Source: a virus
Taxonomy: Duplodnaviria; Caudoviricetes
DNA: 64,000 nt
IMG/VR virus record: IMGVR_UViG_3300028833_000061
Location: 128,001 to 192,000 of that record
Direction: 5' to 3' (one strand)
Each line of letters starts with the position of its first letter. Positions within the stretch are counted from its first letter, which is position 1. The translations under genes were made by a program, and so were the position numbers. The notes beneath the pieces are model-generated. The model did no database searches. It saw only the letters and a program-made list of their open reading frames with translations, and was not told where the DNA came from. Shown in pieces: positions 48,071 through 57,183 of this stretch.

Positions 48071-49702
48071 CTACAGACCAAACTTCTTCAAGGCCAACGA
48101 TACAGAATCTCTAGTGTCTCTTCCTGGCCATCCCTGTGCCTTGTCTATGTCCTTAAGCCAGTTGGGATTGGCCCTGTAATAAGGTTCAAAATAGTCTGAA
48201 TTCAATCTACTTAGATTATCTATCCATCCATACGTAGGATTGTACACCATCTCATGTCCCAAGACCGTGGTTGGCGTAAAGACAGAAGGACCGACCTCGT
48301 CGAAGAATCTAAGCATCTCGCTACGAAGCTTCTGAGCTTTCGCGTCATCGACAGCAGTCGTACTACCGGCATCGGTTGGTCTAAGTCCACCAGTCTTTCC
48401 TATGTCAGAAACCGCTGTATCTACGTAATTTGTCCCTAGTGGCGTCAACGCATTTGCGTCAAAATCCCACAGGCCTCCGGACATACCAAAGTCAGCTGGC
48501 CTTGAAGAGTCTCCAAACCCGCCATTTACATAAGCGGATATGGAATTCCTGAACATAGGATATTTTCCTGTCTGCTGTACTACTGCTCTTAAAACAGCCT
48601 CATCCAGAGCATTATCAGCGGCCCACTGCCTGTCCTCGTCTGACATTCCGCTGTCACCAGCCCACGCCCCCATCATAGGAGCCCAGCTGTAAGCCATGTT
48701 TCCTATAGACGGATCCATGCTAAAACTGGTGTTCTCGTCTGTAGGAAGCATGGATGCGGCCAACGACGTGAACCTACTCTGACGTGGTGCATATCCTACG
48801 CCGTCTCTGGCATACGTCTCTCTGCCGACAGGCGTCTTCTCTAGCGCAGATGCTTTAGATGCATTGAAAAACGGCGTTCCGGCGTAATCAGCCTCTTGCA
48901 TAGGAGCGCCTTCGCCTCCTGGAGACATGAACGGAACATTGAACCTTAGAGGACGATAAGCCGTTGCCGGCTTGCCTTTGGTGCTATGATTGTTCTTCTC
49001 TGCAGCGGCCGCCGCGTCTCTGTTAACCTTTGCGTAGTCCTTCGGTGTCTGTGCACCCATCATCTCATCAAGGACCGCGATGTTGTCGTCATTTCTCTTT
49101 GCCATAGAATACGCGGCACCACCGTATTTCTGCATTCTACGGCGTTTCTTGTTCCTGCTTCTCCTATCTAGAAACAGATACGTGAGAAGAGCTGTTGTGG
49201 CAAGACCTCCCCAAGTCCACGGACTCTTCCAGTCGACAGACCAGCCACCGTTCGTCTGCTGAGGCGTTGTCGTATTTACAGGATTAGTATTAGGAACATC
49301 TGGAACACCTGCATCAGTACCAGCAGAATCAGCAAGAAGGCTCTCGTCCACTGTAGACTGAGATGGCTGCGGAGGTGCATCGACCTGTGGAGCGGGCGCT
49401 GGCGCTGTTTCTGGTGGATTTACGCTTGCTGTTGGAGCCGCTCCAGGTCTGAACAGTCCTCCGGTCTCTCTCTTTGCCGTGGTTCCAACGGCAGAAGCGG
49501 CCTGCTGTGGCGTGTAGGCCTGACCTTTTGCTCCAGTTGCCTTCCATGCCCTCTGGGCAGCGTCCTGAACAATGTCCTTTCCTACAAGATTGAACATCCT
49601 CTTCTCCCCGTCATTATAGAACAACCACGGCGGAACTGAGTCAGTAGCATAGTCCTTCGTTAGAATGCGTTCGGCTGTCGTCTTCGGTCTTTGAATGGCC
49701 AT
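48071..49702 (-). CDS. Hypothetical protein with one TM segment, putative internal virion protein
   Basis: 543 aa; WTWGGLATTALLTYLFL followed by RRSRNKKRRR. Confidence 0.6.
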   Translation of the reverse strand: MAIQRPKTTAERILTKDYATDSVPPWLFYNDGEKRMFNLVGKDIVQDAAQRAWKATGAKGQAYTPQQAASAVGTTAKRETGGLFRPGAAPTASVNPPETAPAPAPQVDAPPQPSQSTVDESLLADSAGTDAGVPDVPNTNPVNTTTPQQTNGGWSVDWKSPWTWGGLATTALLTYLFLDRRSRNKKRRRMQKYGGAAYSMAKRNDDNIAVLDEMMGAQTPKDYAKVNRDAAAAAEKNNHSTKGKPATAYRPLRFNVPFMSPGGEGAPMQEADYAGTPFFNASKASALEKTPVGRETYARDGVGYAPRQSRFTSLAASMLPTDENTSFSMDPSIGNMAYSWAPMMGAWAGDSGMSDEDRQWAADNALDEAVLRAVVQQTGKYPMFRNSISAYVNGGFGDSSRPADFGMSGGLWDFDANALTPLGTNYVDTAVSDIGKTGGLRPTDAGSTTAVDDAKAQKLRSEMLRFFDEVGPSVFTPTTVLGHEMVYNPTYGWIDNLSRLNSDYFEPYYRANPNWLKDIDKAQGWPGRDTRDSVSLALKKFGL

Positions 49703-49711
49703 AGTAGGCTC

Positions 49712-52700
49712 CTACATGTCTAAAATTTGAACTGGATCGTTCATTCCTATGAGACCTTGTCTGTAGGCCTCCTTGGCATCTTTCGCTGTTCTGAATACCT
49801 TGGGCCTCTTCCTCGTCGCAGGCCTTGTAAGATTGTACAGTCCCATCACCTGCTCGTTCTCAGGCTTGTATCTTGGAGACGACAAATCTGTAAGCGAAAT
49901 TAGATTCTTGGATGGAAGCATCTTCTCGTATGCTTCCCTGACAGCCTTGTCAGACGACGGCACGTGAATGTTAACCTGGTCTCCGTCGAAATCTCCAGCC
50001 ATTGGCGATGCGCTGAACGGGCTTATTCGTATCGACTTTCCGTCAACAAGCGACGGTTTGTATGCCATGATGTTGAACTTGTGCCATGTCGGAGCCCTGT
50101 CCATCAAAACAGGCCTGTTTGCCATCTCCTCCTGAAGCGCATTAAGCGCTGTGTCGTCCCTGCCTCTTATCATATTTACAGCCTGAACGGGACTGTACCC
50201 GCGTCTAACCAACCGACGCTGTACATATGGCTTATACATCTCCCACGCAATATCCTTCGGTATGCCGATCTGGTCCATATCCAGGTTTTCATCTGGAGTT
50301 ATGACCGCTCGTCCTACATTGTCGAGGTTCTTGGCTATGATCTTGGCCTGGAACATAGAAAATTTCGGAGAACCTGTTCCTATAACCTGCCTTATGGCTC
50401 CTTTGATGTTCTTGGACTGTCCCTCTGGCGTTATTGGGTCTCCAAGTCCAAACACAGCGGCTACAGACTTGTACAGGTTCAGCCTCTCGTCCGCTAGAGA
50501 TTCGTCTGCAACAGATCCCTTCAGCGCAGAATAATTCTCGGCGTTCTCTATGACGTCCTTGTATAGATCGTTAAGATCCGATACTAGTTGCGTATCGCCA
50601 AGTTTAGACACGGGCCTGAACTTCGGAGGTATGACAGGAACCTTTGTTATCATCCAATCCTTGGGCTCAAGGCCCTGCTCCTGCATCGATTTAAGATATC
50701 CAAGTACCTTTACCGCGTTGTCTCTTCCGGCGCCTCTCTTGTTCTGGATGTCATTTCTGGCTGCCGATATTGCCTTGTCGACGTCAATGGCCTCAAGCGC
50801 TGACTTTATCGCCTCTCCGCCAGTCTTTCCATTCAACTTCTCTGTGCCTGACAAAATCTTCTCAAGCTGATCTACTGTAAGACCAAGTACACGCCTTACA
50901 GGCTCCTCCATTATAGGATTCGGTATAGGCTCTGGAAGCTTTATAGCTGACCACCTGAGACCGTCTGGACCGCCTGTCTTCCCGAGGTCAAACAAACCGC
51001 CGTCTACAGGCTTCAGATCTGAATTCATCATCTTGGAATTCTTTATAATTCTATTGCCTGCCATCTCGTCGATATCTTTGTCCGTAAGAGGAAGTATAGA
51101 CGTCTTGCTTCCCTTCTCTACGACATTTATTCCTCCGGCCTTCAGCGTCTCCAGGAATTTGTTGTATATGAAAGGAACACCAGGTTCAGGTACTGGAAGC
51201 CCTAATCTAAGTTTGTTCCAGTACTCCTCGTTCTTCGTGCCGCGGATCGTCATCATATCCTTTAGATTCTCTGTCGCGCCGTGTGACAAAAGAGCCGTCC
51301 TGTCGAGACCCGAGACCCTTTTGGCTCCTGAAAATCCGCCTCTTGCCGGTGCTTCGTCCTGAGTATATGCAGCATCGTTTCCTCTGGCAGACAGCTTTTT
51401 CTCTGCGAGATGGTGGAACGCCTGAATGTATACGTAGCCATCACCGATGTTGTGCAGCGTCTTTCCGGTACTTGGGTCAAATATGTCCGAAGAATCCTTG
51501 ACTCCGGCAGCATCAAGCTGTGCCTTCGCCCAAGTCGCCCATCCCTCCTCAGGAGGAAGCTGTGGGATGCGTACCTGCTTTCCGGTCTTCTTGGCAACCT
51601 TGCCAAGAGCTATCTCGATAAGCTGATTCGGGGCAACTCGTGACAGGAATCCCATAGGATTCATTAGAATCTCGTAAGGCTCGTTCGTAACCGCGTCACG
51701 AGGCATCTCGTCGTCTGGACGGACTTCTCCTATTGTACCCTTGAGAGCGTCATGAGGAGACAGCTTGTCTGCTACCTGCTTTGGCGGCGTAGTCACGACA
51801 TTTACCTTGGCGCCGCTTGGCGTCATTACAGCATCGACAACAGTGCCAGGCCAGTCGTGCTCCCACACCTCTGATCTATCTGTAAACGAATTACGCAGCG
51901 TCTTTGACAGCTTGCCGAGCATTGCATCTTTCGCAGACAGAAGCTTCGGCCCGATAGATACGATTATAGGATCGCCTTTGTGAAGTACGGTTCCAGGCTT
52001 GGCTATTCCATTGTCGTCTATGTTTTCAAGCTGCTGCTTCGTAAAAGCCTGCGGGAATGCCGCCATGTACTTCTTCTTGTCTATAAGCACGCCGTTCTTC
52101 TTGTCCGTGTCAAATCCGAACAGCTGTTCGGTAGCCAGCTTCTTGGCCGCAGTCTCGGATATGACTATCGCGTCCTCGAAGTTGCCTGACTTGCCTGACG
52201 GCATAATTGCTACCTTCAGGTTGACGCCCGTATTGAACGATCCTGTTTTCTTGTCCGTGAAGTTGGAGTGGGCTATCAAATCGCCCTTTCTAACGCTCTG
52301 CCCGACCTCAACGGCAGGAAACGTCGAGAACGACGACATTCTATTATGTGGATAGTACTTTACAAGATCGTACGTCCTCTTCTTGCCATCTGCACCCTTT
52401 ACGACGACACTGTCGTCGTTCACAGCAGTCACGACTCCGTCTTCATTGGCTGTGACGGAGCCTATTCTCTTTCCATAATGCTCAAGAAAAGTCTCTTTTC
52501 CATCAGGCATCAAAGACGCGACTAGAGGAACCTCTCCCTTTGCCATCGGAAGATACTGCTCCCAGAACTTTGTAGCATAGAACTGTCTTGCGCCCTGGAC
52601 GCCTGTCGGCATTGGATTGAAGTTGGTTGTCGTAGTAGACATGGACGAGAAATCGGGCACCATGTACGAAACCTCGTTCCTTGCCACCTTGGTAGGAACG

Positions 52701-54142
52701 TTATCCTTCATTGCATACAGGAATTTCGAATTGGGATCCTGTCCAGGAAATGCAACACCACCATCGACAGCCTTTGCCAGGCTTACAAACTCCTTCTTGC
52801 CCGTCTTCAGATTTATAAACTTCGAGTACAGCTGGCCGTCTTTTCCTTTATATGTATTGGAGGCGGCTCTGACATCCACACCCGCATTCATCGACTCAGG
52901 GCCAGCAACAGGATCAACAAATCCAAGATAATCTCCCTGCACATCCCTTGCTTCTGCAGTAACGGCATCTGGAGATCCGATTCCGCCTTGGCCCATCTTG
53001 GTTATGCGGTTCATCTGAACATAGTTCGATATCGGATTTGCCTCTTCGCCAGGAAGCGCAAGACCCGTTCCGCTCAAGAAATGCTCGATGTACGGATTCA
53101 GCGCGCCTCTCGGAATCCTTCCAAGATTACGATCGCGCTTAGCCTTCCACAACAGCTGCTGCGTAAGCTTTCCAGAGTCCTTGTCGACACGTTCCTTAAG
53201 AAAGTCCTCTATCGAATAGACGCTAGAATACCTAGGAGAGTCTCTTCTGTCAGGCTGTTCGTCGCCCCTGGATATGTTTATTACCTTCTGCGAGGCGCGT
53301 AGGAGAAGCTCTGGCGTGATTCCCTTGGTATCTACAAGACCCATAGTGCGCTGGACGACATCCTCGTCCATTCCACACTGTGCAAGGGAATCCTTAACGT
53401 ATCTCGCCATCTCAAACTCATTGGCAAGAGCATCCGCCTTCTTGCCTGCAAGTCTGCGATATAGCCTCTTCATAGCCTGAGAGTCGTGCTTCTTTGCGTT
53501 CTCAAGCGTTACGTCGTTGCCCCAGTACTTTGCGATTGTCTTGTCGTCTACGCCTATGCCCTTAAGCACTGGATACAACGGTATGTGACCCTGGCCAACC
53601 TGCATGCTGAACACGCCTGTCTCTGGATTCATCTCTATTCTGAATCCAGGGCCTGTTCCAGGTTTTACATTGAATTGGGCCTCGTACTCTCCAGACGTCT
53701 TTCGTCTTGCGTACACGCCAGGACGAAGTCTCGACTGATTGACTACAGTGTACTCATTTCCATTAGAAATTATCGTACCTCTGTCCGTGTAATACGGCAC
53801 GTTCATTATAACGTCATCACGCTCGTCTATGACCTTGTTGCTCTTCTTGTCGATAAGTTTCCACGTTCCAGACATCCTCGTCTGGAGCTTACGGTTCTTC
53901 AGAAGAGCGTCCTTCTGCTGTGCTATGGTGAAGCTCTGAGGACTGGTATACCTTACGTTGTCCAGCTCGATCCTGTAGTCGTCGTTCTCAACAGGAAACC
54001 GTTTCTTTACAGAATCCAGAAGTCCATCATATATGAACTGACGTGTCTTTTTTGTGTCATCGAACTGGCGCAGGTCGTCAGGAACGTCGGACACCGTGCC
54101 CGCCGCCTGCTTTTGTGCCAGTGGTATGCTGTCGAGAAGCAT
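49712..54142 (-). CDS. rpoB: DNA-directed RNA polymerase beta subunit fused to N-terminal half of beta-prime
   Basis: beta motifs PYYTDRGTIISNG, NFEDAIVISE, DKLS..KG, MNPMGFLSR, HLAEKKLSAR; then beta-prime GGLFD, PVIPPKFRP, SDLNDLY, DRAPTWH and catalytic AGDFDGDQ (49979-49993). Confidence 0.95.
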   Translation of the reverse strand: MLLDSIPLAQKQAAGTVSDVPDDLRQFDDTKKTRQFIYDGLLDSVKKRFPVENDDYRIELDNVRYTSPQSFTIAQQKDALLKNRKLQTRMSGTWKLIDKKSNKVIDERDDVIMNVPYYTDRGTIISNGNEYTVVNQSRLRPGVYARRKTSGEYEAQFNVKPGTGPGFRIEMNPETGVFSMQVGQGHIPLYPVLKGIGVDDKTIAKYWGNDVTLENAKKHDSQAMKRLYRRLAGKKADALANEFEMARYVKDSLAQCGMDEDVVQRTMGLVDTKGITPELLLRASQKVINISRGDEQPDRRDSPRYSSVYSIEDFLKERVDKDSGKLTQQLLWKAKRDRNLGRIPRGALNPYIEHFLSGTGLALPGEEANPISNYVQMNRITKMGQGGIGSPDAVTAEARDVQGDYLGFVDPVAGPESMNAGVDVRAASNTYKGKDGQLYSKFINLKTGKKEFVSLAKAVDGGVAFPGQDPNSKFLYAMKDNVPTKVARNEVSYMVPDFSSMSTTTTNFNPMPTGVQGARQFYATKFWEQYLPMAKGEVPLVASLMPDGKETFLEHYGKRIGSVTANEDGVVTAVNDDSVVVKGADGKKRTYDLVKYYPHNRMSSFSTFPAVEVGQSVRKGDLIAHSNFTDKKTGSFNTGVNLKVAIMPSGKSGNFEDAIVISETAAKKLATEQLFGFDTDKKNGVLIDKKKYMAAFPQAFTKQQLENIDDNGIAKPGTVLHKGDPIIVSIGPKLLSAKDAMLGKLSKTLRNSFTDRSEVWEHDWPGTVVDAVMTPSGAKVNVVTTPPKQVADKLSPHDALKGTIGEVRPDDEMPRDAVTNEPYEILMNPMGFLSRVAPNQLIEIALGKVAKKTGKQVRIPQLPPEEGWATWAKAQLDAAGVKDSSDIFDPSTGKTLHNIGDGYVYIQAFHHLAEKKLSARGNDAAYTQDEAPARGGFSGAKRVSGLDRTALLSHGATENLKDMMTIRGTKNEEYWNKLRLGLPVPEPGVPFIYNKFLETLKAGGINVVEKGSKTSILPLTDKDIDEMAGNRIIKNSKMMNSDLKPVDGGLFDLGKTGGPDGLRWSAIKLPEPIPNPIMEEPVRRVLGLTVDQLEKILSGTEKLNGKTGGEAIKSALEAIDVDKAISAARNDIQNKRGAGRDNAVKVLGYLKSMQEQGLEPKDWMITKVPVIPPKFRPVSKLGDTQLVSDLNDLYKDVIENAENYSALKGSVADESLADERLNLYKSVAAVFGLGDPITPEGQSKNIKGAIRQVIGTGSPKFSMFQAKIIAKNLDNVGRAVITPDENLDMDQIGIPKDIAWEMYKPYVQRRLVRRGYSPVQAVNMIRGRDDTALNALQEEMANRPVLMDRAPTWHKFNIMAYKPSLVDGKSIRISPFSASPMAGDFDGDQVNIHVPSSDKAVREAYEKMLPSKNLISLTDLSSPRYKPENEQVMGLYNLTRPATRKRPKVFRTAKDAKEAYRQGLIGMNDPVQILDM

Positions 54143-54148
54143 CGTAGT

Positions 54149-54472
54149 CTAGATCTCTCCGTCTTCGTGCAACTTGGCTATTGCGTCGGCAATAAGTCTC
54201 TTCTTTTCGTTAATAACGTCCTTAGCACCGCTATCTGATCCTACAAGCCTTACACGCCCGCCTATTAAGTTATCGCCGCTCTTCTTCTTTTTCTTGGATG
54301 AACCTTTCTCGTCCTGCATGGCGATTATTGTATCGATCTTCTGCTCCAGGTCTCTGTTTGTCTTGTCTGTGTTGATAGACAGGTTTGCGAGCGTCTCGCC
54401 GGCAGAGCGCATCATGTCCAAAATTCCCGCTTTCTTGCAGAAAAACGAGTATCCTAGTTCTTTTGCTGTCAT
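54149..54472 (-). CDS. Small protein with GY...KKA leader
   Basis: MTAKELGYSFFCKKAG; directly upstream of RNAP. Confidence 0.55.
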   Translation of the reverse strand: MTAKELGYSFFCKKAGILDMMRSAGETLANLSINTDKTNRDLEQKIDTIIAMQDEKGSSKKKKKSGDNLIGGRVRLVGSDSGAKDVINEKKRLIADAIAKLHEDGEI

Positions 54473-56454
54473 TTTTGTCCACCCTTATTTGGCCGCAAAA
54501 TCTGGGTAGGAACATCGATATAGCGTTCTGGAAACTCAGGATCTTTTCCTGAATACCAACCGCTGTCACGATCCATCTGCGGTTTACCAGTGCCTGGAAC
54601 AAGTATACGGGTCATTCCTTTAGGAACTGGAACTACATCGACATCATCACCAGCTGTCAACGCTCTTGGTTTCGCATCGGGACGTGAATTTCCATTAGGA
54701 AACTCAAGGTCTTCTACATTCCACAGATTAGGATTCCTGCGTTTAACGGCTGCTTGCGTTGGAGCAGGCGCTGGTGCGGCCGGAGCAGGCACTGGAGCGG
54801 CCGGAGCAGGCGCTGGTGCAGCAGAAGCAGTCGATGGAGCCTCATTCTGTGCAGGAGCGGGTGCTGCAGGAGCTGGTGGCTCGACAGGCTCTATTCCGGC
54901 TTCTCCACCAACGCGATACTCCTTACCAGTAGTCGGATCTACAAATGTGCCGTCTTGTCCAGGAGTCACGCCAGGCGTGGCATATCCCTCGCCTTGATTT
55001 TCATTGACAGCATCGGCAGGATTTTGCTGACCGACGATCTTACCGATACGTTTCTTCAATCTATCTGCAAAGATCCTCTTGCCCCATGCTGTGTCAGCGA
55101 TAAGACTGCCGAGTCCACCGAAGAACCAATCTGCCGCGGGCTGTATCAGCTTGCCAAGCCATGTGTCTCCAAAGCCAGTACCGTTATACCAGTCACGGGC
55201 CTGCACCCTCGTAATATTCTTACGCTGTTCTCTGTAACGATCGTCCATGACGGCGTTCATAAGCTTATCTGATGTTTCAGGGGCATTGAACTGGCCGAGA
55301 ACCGCTCGCTGTACGGAATCTAGCTTAGTAGGATCGAGCGACGGCGCGCCAGGAGTGCCATACGTCCACTGTGTCGGATCTGTACCTGGCATGCCCATTC
55401 CGGAAAACAGCGCATCCACGACTTCGTACGGGTCATAATTTTCCGGTACTTCAGCAATCTTCTCGTTAGGCCACTTAGTAGACATAAGCGTAGCCATTAT
55501 CGTCATACCGGCCACTGCATCTACAACATCTATGCGTCTTTCGGCGCTTGCTGTCTTGAACACTATGTTCTTTACTCTGGTGCGGTCGACTATATTCGAG
55601 TCCGAGTCCTCCTCGTCGAACTTCTTGTCGAGGAACTTCTTCGTAAGATACGACGATGCAGCTGCAAGCAAGATAGCGGTCGCTCCAGCAACTCCTAGTG
55701 CGTCAGATGCGAAGCCGCCGTTATTGTTCTCCGGCTCTTCGGACGGGGTAGTCATCGAATGCCATGCACGTTCTCCGAGCGACGGAGTCACGACAGGCTT
55801 TATGTCCGAATAAGTTCCGACATATTCTTTTGCCTCCTTGACCTCGGATGTCTTCGTAAGAAAATCGATATACTCCTTCTGTGCTGCCGCAATCTCTCGT
55901 TCTAGTCTCTTTCTCTTGAGATAATCATATGTCTGCTGCGTCAGATACCATCCGAGGCCAGCACCTGCTACTCCAAGCGCGCCACCCACAGATATATCAC
56001 CAACACGCTCAAGAAACTCTGGAGAATACGACTCTCTGTATGGCTTCTCCTCCTGTGCGCATTTGCTTAGACTGTGATCGTCATCCTCGCACACGACGTC
56101 AAATCCGCTAGCAAAAGTGCCATCGCTGTTTCTAGCCTGACGAAGCGTCGCCTTCCCGCAGTTTGAATTCTCTATGTCAGAAAAGCTGTCCCTCGCAGAC
56201 GCCATCTTTGGAGTTGTAATAACGAGAGTGTCGCTTGAAATTCTAGGCTTCTTACGCCTTTTCTCCTTCTTCTTGTCCTCTATCGCATCCAAGACGTCCT
56301 TGACCATGGCAAGTGTCGCATACGCGCCTGCTCCCATGGCCATGCCCCTAAGGCCGGTCTGTATCGCAGGATTGCGCTCCATGAACTCAGCCGTATCATC
56401 CTTCTTGTCGTTATAGAAGTTTACAAGATTCTGTTTTATCTCAGATGCTGTCAT
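54469..56454 (-). CDS. Putative internal virion protein with repeated Gly-rich TM-like segments and Pro/Ala linker
   Basis: 661 aa; three GxxxG hydrophobic helices each followed by basic patch and K-x-A/S; PA-rich repeats 54760-54870. Confidence 0.6.
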   Translation of the reverse strand: MTASEIKQNLVNFYNDKKDDTAEFMERNPAIQTGLRGMAMGAGAYATLAMVKDVLDAIEDKKKEKRRKKPRISSDTLVITTPKMASARDSFSDIENSNCGKATLRQARNSDGTFASGFDVVCEDDDHSLSKCAQEEKPYRESYSPEFLERVGDISVGGALGVAGAGLGWYLTQQTYDYLKRKRLEREIAAAQKEYIDFLTKTSEVKEAKEYVGTYSDIKPVVTPSLGERAWHSMTTPSEEPENNNGGFASDALGVAGATAILLAAASSYLTKKFLDKKFDEEDSDSNIVDRTRVKNIVFKTASAERRIDVVDAVAGMTIMATLMSTKWPNEKIAEVPENYDPYEVVDALFSGMGMPGTDPTQWTYGTPGAPSLDPTKLDSVQRAVLGQFNAPETSDKLMNAVMDDRYREQRKNITRVQARDWYNGTGFGDTWLGKLIQPAADWFFGGLGSLIADTAWGKRIFADRLKKRIGKIVGQQNPADAVNENQGEGYATPGVTPGQDGTFVDPTTGKEYRVGGEAGIEPVEPPAPAAPAPAQNEAPSTASAAPAPAPAAPVPAPAAPAPAPTQAAVKRRNPNLWNVEDLEFPNGNSRPDAKPRALTAGDDVDVVPVPKGMTRILVPGTGKPQMDRDSGWYSGKDPEFPERYIDVPTQILRPNKGGQK

Positions 56455-56455
56455 T

Positions 56456-56764
56456 CTAATCCTCCAACGTGTACTCGACCCACTTCAAAAGACGCATCCA
56501 GGTCGTAGACCCGTCGCTACGCTGCATCTTATCGGTCTTGTCGCTAGATACTGTAACTATGCCCGCGTATACCTTATTAAGCAGATCCTTCTCAACTTCG
56601 GTGCACTTAGCTCTTTGTTCAGGGTCAAGAAGATCGAATACCTCTATTCTAACACGGGATATTACTACGTCCTTGTGTCCCTCAAGCTTAGATACAGCAT
56701 AAGCCAGGTCGGCCTCGCCGATCGGCATCGCTATTGGCATTCTAGTAGGTGGCTTAAGCGGCAT
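56456..56764 (-). CDS. Hypothetical protein
   Basis: 102 aa, tightly packed in operon. Confidence 0.6.
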   Translation of the reverse strand: MPLKPPTRMPIAMPIGEADLAYAVSKLEGHKDVVISRVRIEVFDLLDPEQRAKCTEVEKDLLNKVYAGIVTVSSDKTDKMQRSDGSTTWMRLLKWVEYTLED

Positions 56765-56775
56765 TTCTACAAAAA

Positions 56776-57150
56776 CTATGCAAATTCCTCAGGATTCATA
56801 AGACGACTTTTCATAGCGTTCATAACATTGTTGTATGTGTCCCTTGTTGCTATCAGACGTTCTGTCTTCTTGCTGTCCTTCTTCATGGATCTGTCCAAGT
56901 AGTGCAACATCGCGCCTACAGGAACGCCGGCAAGCACCGACAAGGCTATCGCATTCGTCAGAGTACCGCTTACAGCACCTGATGTAACTCCATAAGCCTT
57001 GCCAAGCACGTCAAGCACACCCGAGGACTTGATCATGCCATCAAGGCCGATGTCCTTCGGTGTCTTTCCACAGGACGCAGTCTTGCGCATTATTCCAAAC
57101 TTAATGCACTGCAGTCTCTCTTCGTCTGTCAAGTAATCCTTAAAGTTCAT
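56776..57150 (-). CDS. Putative internal virion membrane-like protein
   Basis: FGIMRKTAS, hydrophobic AIALSVLAGVPVGAMLHYL. Confidence 0.55.
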   Translation of the reverse strand: MNFKDYLTDEERLQCIKFGIMRKTASCGKTPKDIGLDGMIKSSGVLDVLGKAYGVTSGAVSGTLTNAIALSVLAGVPVGAMLHYLDRSMKKDSKKTERLIATRDTYNNVMNAMKSRLMNPEEFA

Positions 57151-57183
57151 TTTTCGCCTTCCTGCTATTAAAGCACAAAAACA

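Noticed and set aside
39406-54142. Host chromosomal rpoBC or an intron/intein-interrupted rpoC
   Set aside because: Sequence is strongly diverged, no ribosomal-protein neighbours, interleaved with virion genes; the intervening DNA holds ordinary genes and no visible intein or intron hallmarks
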